From NCBI GenBank assembly GCA_000004985.1, contig GG738896.1: 64,000 nucleotides of DNA. One strand, 5' to 3'. Of this stretch, positions 10,446 through 22,966 are shown piece after piece. Position numbers and translations under genes: made by a program. Source of the DNA: Naegleria gruberi. Taxonomy: Eukaryota. Below the pieces are notes generated by a model. The model saw only the letters and a list, made by a program, of their open reading frames with translations. It was not told where the DNA came from and did not search any database. Within the stretch, counting starts at the first letter, position 1, and each line of letters starts with the position of its first letter.

Positions 10446-12341
10446 TTATTGTTTTTTCCAAACTTTATTCAAATTTCTTTGCACTTTGTGCCACACAGAA
10501 ATTTGAAATGGAATAAATGCATTGTATTGTTCCATAACTCTTTTCAACCTCATACTCTCCAAATCAATATTCTTTGCAAAAAATCTATAACATGTAGCAC
10601 AATGCTTGGCAGCCTCAATCATTATTTCCAAATCTACCTTGTATTGTTTTTTCAAATGTTCATAGACATCTCCATTATGTTGCAAAAGTTCCAAAATGAA
10701 TTTCTTATCCAATCTAAATTTTTCTGGAATAAAAGGGAAGGCAATAGCATTCAATTTAATAGCTTCCGTAATGAATTCTCTGTCCATTTTCAATTCATCA
10801 TTTGCACATCTCATAAAGCGTCCATCCTCCCTTATCTTATTCAACATATCTCCTCTTTGGTCAATAAATATATAACCGTGGTTAAGGGCATGCTCAATCA
10901 TTTTCTGGTTCTCTCGTATTTCATTTGATGCCCAATTCAGAGCAAATACGTCTTGATTAACAGCTTCGTAGACTACTTCCCAATCTGACTTTAATTCAGT
11001 AGAGGCAAAACTGACTGCTCTACCACAATTTCTCACGGCTTCCAAGACTACTTGCCTATCGTTTAGCAATCTTGGAGAGGCAAATTGTAGAGTGTGCCCA
11101 TTCTTTGAAACTGCAGAAATTACCACCTCCTTGTCATCCTTCAATTCAGCACAAACACTCATCAACACAAAAGGGTTGAACTCAATGGCTTCCATCACTA
11201 TCGACTTATTTCTCTGTAAGGTAGAATCTACATACTGAAATGCAAAAAAATCTTGTTTAAGTGCTGCCAATACAACTTCACGGTCTGCTCTCAAGTTTGA
11301 AGGAACATATTGCAAACATATGCCTTGTTTCTGTACGGCCATCAATGCTAAATCCTTTTGTCTTTTCATAGACTCTGATGCCCAATAATAAGCAGTAGCA
11401 TCATGTTGCATAGCTTCCAGTACAACTGCTCGTTCTGAACGCAACTCGAGAGATACATACTCAAGTGCCCTACCATTTTGCTGAACTGCCTTAATTACAA
11501 TTGATCTATTTCCCTTCAGATTTTCTGATGCGTATGCGAGTGCATAACCATAATTCGTTACAGCTTCATACACTACTTCATAATCATTCTTTAATTCATC
11601 AGAGGCAAATTGTAGCACACCACCTGCTCTTTTGACGGCTTGCAATACCAGTTGCTTATTATTAGAGAATGCATGTAAATTTACATGTTGAAGCATGTAA
11701 GGTTCTTTTTGAAGAGTTGCCTCTACCACATCCAGGTCCAATTTTAATCTGTGGGAGGTATATTCATAGGCCATTGCATTTGATGAGATAGCTTGCAATA
11801 CAAACCGTTTGTCATCCTGGAAAAAAGGACCTGCATATGATAAAGCCAATCCATTCTGTGAAATGGCTTGCCATACAATTTCCTCATCAGTTCTAAATTC
11901 CACAGCCCCATTAAAGAGAATTTTACCATCCAATTTCACTGCATCCAACATTATTTCTCTATCTATTAGACTAATAGGCACATATTTCAGAATGGTTGCA
12001 TTCTCCTTTACTGCCTTTCGAATAAAATCAACATTTCCAAGCCAAACCATTGGGAAATATTGACAAATTTGGGGAAATTTCCGATAACCTACAAAAACAC
12101 TCTCCTCATCTCCTAGGAATTCAAGAGGAAGTGCCTTTACAGTTTCAGGATCTCGTTCAAAGAAGGCCTCTTTGGCAGTTAACCATTTTCTTCTACCCTG
12201 CGATTGATAATCGAATTTAATCTTTAGCTTTTGACGATAAATGTGATGCGAAGGATCATCTAGTATGACAATCACTTGTGGAGAGATCAGGGTTGTATAC
12301 TCCTTCTCGGAAGATTTTAATGATGAATTATTGCAAATCAT
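10446..12341 (-). CDS. DUF4116-repeat protein
   Basis: About 13 tandem ~36-aa repeats of the pattern [RK]xxVLxAVxxNGxALxYASxELKxDxEVV, matching the DUF4116 repeat family as I recall it. 631 aa. Confidence 0.7.
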   Translation of the reverse strand: MICNNSSLKSSEKEYTTLISPQVIVILDDPSHHIYRQKLKIKFDYQSQGRRKWLTAKEAFFERDPETVKALPLEFLGDEESVFVGYRKFPQICQYFPMVWLGNVDFIRKAVKENATILKYVPISLIDREIMLDAVKLDGKILFNGAVEFRTDEEIVWQAISQNGLALSYAGPFFQDDKRFVLQAISSNAMAYEYTSHRLKLDLDVVEATLQKEPYMLQHVNLHAFSNNKQLVLQAVKRAGGVLQFASDELKNDYEVVYEAVTNYGYALAYASENLKGNRSIVIKAVQQNGRALEYVSLELRSERAVVLEAMQHDATAYYWASESMKRQKDLALMAVQKQGICLQYVPSNLRADREVVLAALKQDFFAFQYVDSTLQRNKSIVMEAIEFNPFVLMSVCAELKDDKEVVISAVSKNGHTLQFASPRLLNDRQVVLEAVRNCGRAVSFASTELKSDWEVVYEAVNQDVFALNWASNEIRENQKMIEHALNHGYIFIDQRGDMLNKIREDGRFMRCANDELKMDREFITEAIKLNAIAFPFIPEKFRLDKKFILELLQHNGDVYEHLKKQYKVDLEIMIEAAKHCATCYRFFAKNIDLESMRLKRVMEQYNAFIPFQISVWHKVQRNLNKVWKKQ

Positions 12342-12640
12342 CTAGATCACAGTAGGTCGGCTTGCTAAAGTGAAGGAAATTTTTTTGTTGGTATCACAAT
12401 CACAAGTTTTGTTCCTCATCTTAATAATTAAAAACAACAGTCACTCTGATTCATCCGGAATGGCTAAAATCACCAGCATTAAAATCATTGTTATCGTCAT
12501 GGATATTCAGTGGCGGTCCTAATAGCATGATGTAATAATTAAACCACTTGAATCATCGGATCATATTCATCCAATTTTATTGTTCATATCAATTTGAATC
12601 ATACTGTTCTAATCATAACATACATTCTATATCATGAGAT

Positions 12641-15600
12641 TTATAAATCATCTAATTTGTTTGTTGTTCTCTTTCTCTTTAACACCAAAGCAATTACAAC
12701 AATAATTATCATCAGGACACTAAGCAGAACACAACATCCACCAATACTTCCCACAATAGCTCCAATTAAGACTGCAGAATTATCTGTCACAACTCCAGAA
12801 CCTTTAGAAGGTGATTCCTTCTTATAATTTTGATCAATGACAACAATGGAACGTTCAAGACTGTATGTGTTACAAGTTACTGAAACTGCCTTGTCAGTTG
12901 AAGTTTTAGTCTCAATTCCATCTGATTTCCATTCCTTTGCAGTTTCGTCGAAATATATGCAGGAAACATTCAAATTTTCATTGTTGGAAATAGTCAAATT
13001 TTCGAAGAGTATGGCAACTGGATCTGCAAGGTTTTGAACTGGTATTTTCTGTCCAGAGTTTGCTTTAGCAATCACAGAAGAAACAATTGGCGAAACAAAT
13101 CCCAAAGTTTCTGATGATATGGTTGTGGTTGATAATGAGCTCAACACAACAACTTCCTCATTCTTCAATGAAGGATCAATTCCTTCCAGATATACAGACA
13201 TTGTTGGAGGTAGGTTAATTTTGACAGATGGTAGCTCAATATTTCTGGAGTTCAATAGAGTGATATCCGAAACTGGTGTAATCAACGTTTCTGGAGCATT
13301 GAAAATTGGAGAAGTGCAAATATGTGCAATGGTCAATACTGTGCAAATATTTGGGGTAGAACAATCAGATCCCATGTAGCCAACCTTACAGGCACAATTA
13401 TTAAAAGATTGACAAATTCCATTTCCAGAACAAACTTTCGAATCAGTTTCGGCAAAACCAAAGCATGTTGTCTGGTTACTGCAAATCATTCCTTGAGAGG
13501 ATTGAGTAAGGAAGTATCCTGAATCTTTACAGTATGGTGTTAGCATTCTAATTCTATTATTTCCTCTATCGACAAATAGAATTCTGTCGCCCTTCAAAAC
13601 TGTCAAACTTAATGGATCATTGAGTAAAGATATCTTTGCATTGGAAGAATCACCGTTCAATCCTAATTGTAAGAATGATCCTGCAATCAATGAAATCTGT
13701 CCAGTCAAATCAACCTTTCGAATAACATGTCCTTGTCTTTCAGCAATAATCATTTCACCATTCGAAAGGAAAGCAACAGAAGCTGGTGCTTTCAAATAAG
13801 CAGAAGTAGCAGGTACATTATCGATTAGTGAGGTTAAAGTTGTTGAACCATTACCAGCAATTGTTGTAACCATTCCCATTTCAGATAAACTTGTTTTTCT
13901 TATTCTAAAGTTAATGGTATCGGCAAAAACGAGTTCATTGTTATGAAATTGCATATCTAGAACAGTTCTAATATTGGTTTGATTTGCTAGGTTATCTCCG
14001 TTATATCCATTCACATAACCACCAACAACTGAATCAATAAGTCCAGTCGAAAGTGAAATTTTACGAATCTTGTACAGAGTATCAGAAAAGTACAAGTAAT
14101 CTCCAAGTATTTTCATGGAATAGACAGTTCTGAGTTTGGCATTGATTGCAGGTCCCTTATCACCAATTCCACCTGCAATCGTCTGCACATTTCCAAAAGA
14201 AGAAATCTTTCTCATCAATAAATTCTTACTATCAGTAAAATAGAGCTCATTACTGAATGGAGATATAGAAACACCCAATGGTTGATTCAAATTTGTTGCT
14301 AGGGCGCTTTGGTCACCATTTGAAACTGTTAAGCCTGTTCCAGCAATGTTATAAATGATGGAACTTTCAAAATCCATCTTTTTTATGACATTTTGTCCTT
14401 TGCAATAAATAAATCTCCTTTTGGTGAGAATGTAATGAATCCTAAAGAACCGAGAGAAGTCGAGTTGGCCAAACCAGTTGTACTCCAAATGGAAGTTCCA
14501 TTCACACCAGCTACATTGTAAATAATTTGATTGTTGACATTAATTTTTCTGATAAGATAATTCACACTATCTGAGATGAAGAGCTCACCTGTAATTGGAT
14601 GAATGGAAAGTCCGTAAGGTGAAATATTTGAAATGGAAGCTGGCATTGCATCGCCATTATATTCAGAGAGACCACTTCCTGCAATTGTTGAAATTATTCC
14701 AGTACTATTCGAAATCTTTCTAATAACCTTATTTCCAAAATCAGCAATGAAAACATCACCTGTACTAGCGTTATAAGCAACATCTGTTGGATGATTCAAT
14801 TGGGCACTTGTTGCCAATTGACCATCTCCAGAATATCCAGCTAATCCTCCAGCAATAGTTAAAACTTGTTTGCTACTTGCCAAATATTTTCTTATTCTAT
14901 TGTTATTGTAGTCAGCAATAAGCAAATCACCATTTGGAAGAACAGATAATCCTAAATTTGAATTGAATTGTGCAATTGATGCATTTCCATCTTTAAAACC
15001 AGCTATTCCATTTCCAGCAATTGTTGAAATAATTCCAGTTTCGTGGTCAATCTTACGAATTGCATGATTAATTGAATCACAAATGTACAAATCACCATTT
15101 ATAGCAAACGCCAAACCAGCTGGTTCATTCAATTGGGAGGCAATCGAATTGAAATTGTCACCTGCCAAGGTTGAAACTGAACCTGCCACTGTCGAAACTC
15201 TTTTATCCTTCTTTGAAACTTTCAATATTTTAAAGGTTGTTCCAATAAACACATCTCCTGATATTTCAGATTGCGTAACAGAATAAGGATAATTCAACGC
15301 AGTTTCATTTCCCAATTTACCATCAATATCATCTTGAACAAGACCTACAACACCAGCCACTGTTTCAATGAGTGAACTACTTTCAATATTACTCAATGAA
15401 TTTACTCTCAACACTCTATAATTATTGGTATCGGCAATTAGTAATTCATCTGTTTGATTATTATAGAAGGAGGTATAGGGTCTTTTAAGAGCTATTGTGG
15501 ATTGGTAGCCAGAGGTGCCACCTGTATAGATTTCAGAGCCATCTCCTGCTATGGTGTTGATAATGTTGGTTGTCAAGTTAATGTGTCGAATTCTGTTATT

Positions 15601-16626
15601 TGAAGCATCAGCAATATATAATTTTTTTCCATAAATGGCTAAACTTGTAATTCCATGAAAAGTTGCATTTAATGCATTTCCTCCATCTCCACTAAATCCT
15701 GGAGTAATTCCTGCATTATTGGCAATAACAGTTCGTACACCATTTGAAAATTTAACAATTTGATCGTAAGTTGCTTCTGCCACATACAAATCTCCATTCG
15801 AATCAAATACGATTCCTTTAGGTCCAAAAGACGAAACATAGGTATAAACACTGCCATTATTTGCAATGTACTTGATTGCATTATTGTCAAAATCAGAGAA
15901 ATACATTTCACCACTCACAGGATTGAAGACAATCGCCCAAACTTCACCAACATTCGAATATAAAGCCAAAGATCCCTCAGCACTGTTTCCCTTCACACCA
16001 CTACCAACAATATTGTAAATGATTCCATTGACAACCTTTCTAATTCTATAATTGTAGGTATCACAAATAAAAACATCACCATTCGAAACTGGAACGACAC
16101 ATCTTGGTTGATTCAATGAAACAGATAATGGAGAAACACCAGAAGATGAAGAGTCGAATCCACCACCTGCGAATGTAACCATGTTGTAATTGTTGATGGT
16201 AGAATTAAAATAAACCTTTCGAATTCGAGCATATTCAGCAATATACAGTTCTCCATTCGAATTCAGAGCAACACTACTCGGTGTCAACAATGTATCATTA
16301 GCGAGAGTGAAATAACTGCTTTCTCCTGCTGCCAAAGTTGGTGATCCAGCAGCGAGATGTGAAAAACCATTCGAATCAACATATCTTACCTGATGATTGT
16401 ACATGTCAGAGAAATAGACATTCCCATTCAATGGTGAAACAGCAACGCCAAGTGGGAAAGTCATGCCAACTTGAGTGGCCTTGACTCCCTCTCCGTACAT
16501 TTCTCCCAACAGTGTGGTTAGTTTGAAATCGACAGGTTTAGTTTGAGAAAAACATCTGACTGTCCATGCAAAACAAGAAATCAACACAACAACCACAAAC
16601 AGATTTACAGGTTGTAAGGTTTTCAT
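12641..16626 (-). CDS. Large NHL-repeat, EGF-like, single-pass transmembrane surface protein (teneurin-like architecture); two ORFs joined across a frameshift or micro-intron near 14364-14389
   Basis: Signal peptide MKTLQPVNLFVVVVLISCFAWTV, then more than 20 NHL-type repeats (GDLYIAD/NRIRKI motifs) spanning ORFs 14383-16722 and 12641-14488. These are followed by a Cys-rich EGF-like region, a TM helix (IGAIVGSIGGCCVLLSVLMIIIVVIALVL) and a basic tail. The two ORFs overlap in adjacent frames, and both frames show NHL motifs across the junction. Confidence 0.65.
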
Positions 16627-16993
16627 TTTTTTGGAATGATATGAGAATCTGAATAGATTCGTTATTGTCGTAATAAAAGATTTTTTTGGAATGATAGAGG
16701 TGATGATTGTTTCACTCGCCATTACCGGGAAAAAATATATTTAATCCCAAGGTTACACATTGTTTTACTTACAACCCTAAAATGAGAAATTATTGTCGTT
16801 TTCAATTCTTACTACCCTATCGTCAGTATGGTGAATTGAGCCAAATTGCTCAAGTATGGTAAATTGAGCCAAATTGCTCTTGGATTCGGCAGGTATTCTC
16901 CATTGTAAATTGATTCTGTTGGTAGAATCTCCACTTACAATAATTGCAATAATTGCGCTCATAATTATCAATCTCTTTAATCCATTCCAACAT

Positions 16994-19919
16994 TTATTGT
17001 TGTTCTTGTTTAATTTTCTTTGTTGGAGGTTCATTGCTAGCTGATGCTTCTGCTGGTCTACTGTTTGGTTTCTGATCTGATAGGATGCCATATTGTAAAA
17101 GGGTTTTGAGTATTTGTTCAATTGCTGTCGAGAGTGATTTCTTAGATTCTGGACTTTTAAGAACTTTGGTCAATCTTAATGTTTGTGGAGATCCTCTGTT
17201 CAATATAATAAAATAGGTCATAATTACAATTAGTTGGTAAACTTACTTTTTGATGGTTTCCTTTTCAATGTCAATTGCATTTCGCAAGATTTGTTCGACG
17301 TGCTTCCTTGACTGTTGCTTTTCCTTAAAATTAAAAACAGTTTCAGAAGATTCTATAAATTGCTTCACTTTCAGACAACTATTGCATGTACAAGTAACAG
17401 GAATATGTGTAAATTTCCACTTGTTGGTATCACCCAAATTGAATTCTGTAAGGGATTCATTTGTTGAATTAGCAGCATTGTGTAATAGCTTGTAGCTATG
17501 ATCCAAAATGATTCTAAATCCTGATCCAGTCCAGAAACATTCATTTCCATTATTTTTGGCTAGTCCTTCAACCAATTCATACATATTATTTGTCGAATAA
17601 TTTTTGTTTGCAACAATAGCCTTTGAGATATTCATCTCATCTTCAGTTTTTCCAAGCTTTCTACATAATGTCAATAACTTTACACTGTTAAGTATAGAAA
17701 TATCCTTCTTTTGCATTTCTAATATTGCTTCAAACAATTTACTAGCCAAAAATTGTTCTTCCTTTCCATCCTTTACCAATATATTTTCCAAAACAGAAAT
17801 CAATGAAGGCATATTCTGGGGTCTTAATGTTGATAACGATTGGGAGAGAAGTGGAGAGATTTGTTCCAATCCAAAATGCTTCATAACTGGTATACATTGT
17901 TCAACATTAGCAATGGTAATAGAATATGAGCCAAAAGCAGTCTTGAAAACCTTAGGGCATAATTCAATTCTATTCAATCGGATGATAAGGTCGGCAGAGA
18001 AAGATGTATTATCATTCTTAAGGGATGCATTTACGAATTGGGTAATTTTTTCAGAGGTGGAGGGATACTTGTCCTTGATTCCTAAAAGCAAAACAATTGC
18101 ATCCGATTTGATTCCATAATAAGTGGAAGCAGCTATCATTGGAATATTTGATATAAATTTTTCAATCCATGTTGGTTCCTCTAATTCTAAAACCAAAGAT
18201 GCTATTACTTCAATTTCAGATGAAGTACTATATGAATGCTTGAAACATTTTTCAATATACTTATCAAATAAAACCTTAAAATTCTCAACACCATGATGTT
18301 TGATTAATGTGGTAGCTATTTTAGCCTCTTGTATATGTCCCAACCCTCCACCAAGCCATAATCTTTCTATAAACTTTAAGCTCAATGGCAAATAGGACAG
18401 AGCTATACAAGCTTCAAGAATATCTTTAGACTCAATATTATATGTGGAATTACATTCAGAATCTTCAGAACAAGTAAGTTTTGATGATGTTAGGGCCATT
18501 AGCAAACGTCTCGTATTTTCATGAGGGTTTTGTTTGAATTTTTCTAAAAGTTCTGTAACTTTGTCTTTGTGTTCCAAAGATTTCAATTCGTTTGGAATCA
18601 TAATAATACAAGCACTTTTGTACCATCGTTCAATCGTAGCTCCCTCATTACCAGTTGTTTCAATCTATTTAGTTTTGGTAAAGTTGTTACAAATTATTGA
18701 AACTTACATCTCTATTTTCTTCTGGCATGCTTCTTCTTACATCATCTGGAAAGATTTCATCCTCCATCAAATGAATTTTCTGATTAATTGGTTGTCCAAC
18801 AACATGACCTTGATAATACAATTTGGTTTCTTCAATATCCCTTACAGTAGATCCACAGGATCTTTCATGCTTTTCCAAAATTGCCAAAGATGTTTCCACG
18901 TTTGGTATTTGTTTAAGTAATTGATATATGGCTTCATCTTTGCCTTTTAGCAATTCAGGAGTTAAACCAGCAGTGGAATATTTGTGGTCCATAACATAGC
19001 AAAGCTTGGAATACATTGGTGCTTCTAACCATGATTTTACAATGGTCTCAATTTGTTTCAATTGAGTATCACTATCAAAAGCTTGAATTTTGTCGGCACC
19101 AGAGTATACCAAATTATAAATCAAAGCTAATCTATATCCAGATTTAACAGTCTCAACCTTATGTGAAACATCACAATAAAAGCTCACATAATATGGATTA
19201 AAAGTTGCATCTTCCGAAGTCTTGTAAATATTTTCTTTTTCTTTATGTCTTACAACTATTTCACCTCCTGTGAAAGAGCTTGGCAATTGAACAACTAGAG
19301 TGGCAATCATACCATTTTCCTTCTCAGTATCTCTATGAAAATCAAAGAATCCTCCTTCTTCATATAATAACATTTTGTAAAGAGAAAATCCAATTTTCTT
19401 TTCTTGTGCAATTCCTAAATCCTTTTTCACATTATTATTAACCAAATCCTCAATTAAACTATTCCACTTTGGATTTGTTATTTTAAATCTCTGTGGATCC
19501 AATTGCCATGATTTTCTAACAGACTCATCATAAATAGTTTTATCCAATCTTCCAAATGGGCTCATTGAGCAATTTTTAATCAAGTCCTTAGCTTGTTCCT
19601 CATAAATTATCGGAAGTGGCAAAGGCTTATAAACTCCTGATTCTTGTAAAATTTCAATAGCAGGTATTGAATATTCAGCACTTAATTTTCCACCAGTTGA
19701 AAAATCACCACTTCTGTCTGTGCTATTCATCACTTGTATGAGTTGTTTTTTAATATTTACTTCGGGAAGTGATTCCGCAATCGTTTCACGGATGATGATA
19801 GGAAGAGAAGCTACTGGACCTTGTCTAGTGTACTCTTCTTCCGAATCATAGGAACATGCGTAATCATCAGAATCATCAGAATCAAAGAAAGTTCTTTGAG
19901 CACTTTGTCGGTTGCCCAT
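16994..19919 (-). CDS. N-myristoylated 2OG-Fe(II) oxygenase-domain protein with a long helical C-terminal region; three exons reconstructed from three ORFs
   Basis: I joined the ORFs as (19919..18708, 18664..17247, 17195..16994). The 43-nt (18665-18707) and 51-nt (17196-17246) introns have gtaagt donors and tag/cag acceptors, and the reading frame is preserved exactly, with MIPNELKS in frame after the splice. The N-terminus MGNRQS is a myristoylation consensus. FHRDTEKENGMIATLVVQLPSSFTGGEIVV plus a downstream His and Arg fit the HxD...H 2OG-Fe(II) oxygenase jelly-roll motif. Confidence 0.6.
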
Positions 19920-20483
19920 TTTTTTTTGATTTTTTTTTAAATAATAAATAATGCGTTAATCTGCTTCAAACTGTTAATGTGATCATATTTCTTTTAACTT
20001 GATTGTAATCATTGGAACTGGATTGCCTAGACGGTGGGCAGTGCCATGTATTCGTTGTTCCAACCAAATTTTTTTAGAGTCGAGGCCAATTTATAAATAT
20101 TTTAATATTATTTATTCTTCTGATGATATTCTGATCCGCTGGTAGTATCGTCTTGGCAAATTCTTGGAAAGCTTTTGGAGTTTATGGTTTGATGGTTGGT
20201 ATTTCATCATCAACAGGATTTCCTCTTTTTGTTGCCAATTTCTTGGTTTCTTTGTTGGGTTGGAGATTTAGATGTAAGAAGAAGATTCCACCAGTCAAAG
20301 AAACTTCCTGATGATGGATGGGTTGTTGTATTAATTTTCTAGCCAACTGCCATGTTGTTCAGTTGCTTCCAAATACCAGCTTGTGATTGGACATTGTAGC
20401 CAGTAGACAAAATCTCTTAATTTTTTTAAATTTTAATTTAACGGTTTTTAATCAGCCAAATGTCAAAGCAACGGATCTTCTGT

Positions 20484-20654
20484 GGCTCGACTTGTAAATT
20501 TTTTTGTCTGACCCGGCTCGACTTGTAAAAATTTTTGTCTGACCCGGCTTGACTTGGAAATTTTTTAGCCTGACCCGGCTCGACTTGGAAATTTCGCAAG
20601 TTCTGCATAAAATGCCTCTGGCTCGACTTTGAAATTTTTACTCCCTGACCCGGC
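20484..20654. repeat. Minisatellite: about 5 tandem ~31-nt units (GGCTCGACTTG[GT]AAA...CTGACCCG)
   Basis: Direct reading of 20484-20654 shows repeated 'gacccggctcgacttg.aaa.ttttt' units with point differences. The region is GC-richer than its surroundings and intergenic. Confidence 0.8.
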
Positions 20655-20799
20655 ATTTTACATCACTGACCACCGTCTAGGATTGCCCATAAATTCAGTG
20701 TAATGGAATGGCCGTTGCTTTCGAATATCTTTATTTTTAAATCCAACAGTGTTTTTAAAGGAATATAAAAATGATTAAGGGTTTCTTACGTGGATTATT

Positions 20800-22932
20800 T
20801 TAAAATATTGCCTCATACTTATTTTTGACTTTTTCGTGCAATGAGTAAATGAATGAATTAAGTGAGAGATCTCCATCGTCATTTTGAATATCAATTTGCA
20901 TACTTGTAATATAGAGAATTACATTTCTTTCTAAATAATCATCCATAAATAATAAAAAGCCCAATAAATAGACTTTTTGGACCTGTTTGTCGTTAATCAC
21001 AGGAGAAAGGAAAAAGTCAACTTCACCACCTAATTTTTTAAGGTATTTGGCGAATAGATTATCTGAAATATCTATATCAATAAAATAGAATATTCCAACC
21101 ATAATCAAATACATGATGTGTGTATCTGTTTCTAACCCATTGATGGCGTCGCATACCTTCTTAGGAATTGGTAAACCAAGTCTCAAGCATTCAGCTAATA
21201 AACAACTCAAATTCCATCTATTTTGTGATGGATGGTCACAACATGTCTCAAGTAAAAGATATATATTTGATGTAGAATCCACGAGTGGCGGAAATTCATG
21301 ATATATTCTATTAGCAATAATTATTTCAGCTAACATGTCAGCAGGTAAATACACCCGAGGTTTGTAATAATCATATATAAATGGAATCAAATCACTTGAT
21401 AATTGTTCCAGAATTTCTCTTCTCGACTGAGAAACAGTGTCTTCCAATAATAGCTTAATTGAAGACTGACAAAGGGCTAATTGTGTCACAAGAGGAATAG
21501 AATTTTCCTTACGCTGCTTAATAGCATCAAAATATCCAGGTAGAACTATTGCAGATAAATAGGAAAAACCTCTTTCACGAATGAACTCAATAATTTCTTC
21601 CAAATATTTAGTATTTTCAAGTTCGTGAATATATTTGGTTGCCTTGTTTAAAATAATGGACAAAGAATAATCTAGATCTATATCAGCTAAATAGTCCTTA
21701 TAGGTAATAATGAAGATAAATAGCGATAATACATCATTAGTGCTCTCTACTTGGAAATTGTAAGCTGCCATCATCATTGAATCTTTCAAGACGTTACAAT
21801 CCTCTACAGTCAGCTCGGCAGTAATAGAAGCCATACGGATGGTTAAAGATTTGTTAAATGCATTTTGAATGATAGGTTGGGGAATATCGCTTCTGCAACA
21901 TTTGAGACACAAAGCTAGAGATTCTATTCCCCCTGGAAGTTCACAGAATGTAACCAATAGCATTGCAGATTTTCTAATTTCCAAAGTCTCTGTTTCATCT
22001 CCAATTATGGAGAAGAGATCAGGAATAAACATTTTAGGCTTAAGTTTAAATTTGATATATCTCATAAAAGATAAAATACCAATCATTCTTTTCGATCTCG
22101 ATTCATTTCTTTCCATGTATTTGAGTTTCTCTAATTCTAATGTTACTAATTTGTGGTAATAATCTCCAAAATATGACACAGCTTCAGGGTAACAATCTAG
22201 ATTAGTACAATGTTCATACATTAACTTGAACAATTCAAATTTGTCAATTTGTTTCAGTGGATGAATTCTAATACTATCATCAAGTAATCGCCTCTCTAAT
22301 TCTATCATGAATCTCTCAAACATTGACTGTTCAGATCCTCCCCATGTTGGACACAATGATTCATCACTCCAATTTCTCTTCTCATAATGAATCAAAAACA
22401 ACAAGAAAGTTTCCAGAAAATCATTCAAAGACAATTGATGAATCACTTCAAAAGTAAACAGGGAATATTTAAATATCCAGCTTGGAACCACTTCTTTAAA
22501 TTTAAACAGTGAGTCAATCACTAAACAATTTCTTTCCGAACTTGTTTCCATGTAGGATTTCATCAACATCTTCGGAACGTCTCCATGATGATAATTAAAC
22601 TCTTCATCCACTTCCCGATCATATAGAGCAATTACTTTAAATAAATTGGCTAAATCATCCTCTCCAAATGACAATTCTTCAAACACTTCTAATACTTCCT
22701 TTTCCTCATTTCCCAATTCATCAGATAATTGTGCATAGGTGATGTAAATTGTTTCCATGACATTTTCAAAATTACCATAATAATCACCCTGTTCAAGGAT
22801 AAACTTTAGGAGAGTGTGAATATCTGGTGGGAGTGGTAGTTTCATTTTTTTTTCGAAATTCAATATTTTTTCAATACTATTGAAAATAATTATATTTTCT
22901 AATTGAATATTCTTTTGTTGGAATTTCCACAA
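20800..22932 (-). CDS. Hypothetical large alpha-helical protein
   Basis: 710-aa ORF with no internal stops; I recognise no motif. The true start is probably MKLPLPPD about 30 codons downstream of the annotated start. Confidence 0.5.
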   Translation of the reverse strand: MWKFQQKNIQLENIIIFNSIEKILNFEKKMKLPLPPDIHTLLKFILEQGDYYGNFENVMETIYITYAQLSDELGNEEKEVLEVFEELSFGEDDLANLFKVIALYDREVDEEFNYHHGDVPKMLMKSYMETSSERNCLVIDSLFKFKEVVPSWIFKYSLFTFEVIHQLSLNDFLETFLLFLIHYEKRNWSDESLCPTWGGSEQSMFERFMIELERRLLDDSIRIHPLKQIDKFELFKLMYEHCTNLDCYPEAVSYFGDYYHKLVTLELEKLKYMERNESRSKRMIGILSFMRYIKFKLKPKMFIPDLFSIIGDETETLEIRKSAMLLVTFCELPGGIESLALCLKCCRSDIPQPIIQNAFNKSLTIRMASITAELTVEDCNVLKDSMMMAAYNFQVESTNDVLSLFIFIITYKDYLADIDLDYSLSIILNKATKYIHELENTKYLEEIIEFIRERGFSYLSAIVLPGYFDAIKQRKENSIPLVTQLALCQSSIKLLLEDTVSQSRREILEQLSSDLIPFIYDYYKPRVYLPADMLAEIIIANRIYHEFPPLVDSTSNIYLLLETCCDHPSQNRWNLSCLLAECLRLGLPIPKKVCDAINGLETDTHIMYLIMVGIFYFIDIDISDNLFAKYLKKLGGEVDFFLSPVINDKQVQKVYLLGFLLFMDDYLERNVILYITSMQIDIQNDDGDLSLNSFIYSLHEKVKNKYEAIF

Positions 22933-22966
22933 AACAACTTTATGAAATTGTTACAAGTTATATTTA

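Noticed and set aside
10377-10928. Antisense or alternative-frame ORFs overlapping strong genes (e.g. 10377-10928, 11744-12063, 23407-23823, 24238-24645, 28598-31693 minus-strand ORFs, 36072-37871, 58432-58798, 59163-59507)
   Set aside because: They lie opposite to or out of frame with conserved, repeat-rich or low-complexity genes. Their open frames are explained by the AT-rich, TAA-biased composition, and they carry no recognisable motifs.
14364-14389. Treating the 26-nt GT..AG segment as a confirmed intron class (a second 26-nt candidate occurs in the Rho-like locus)
   Set aside because: All well-supported introns here are 43-73 nt with gtaagt-type donors. The 26-nt candidates lack that donor consensus and occur where homopolymer indels are a simpler explanation.
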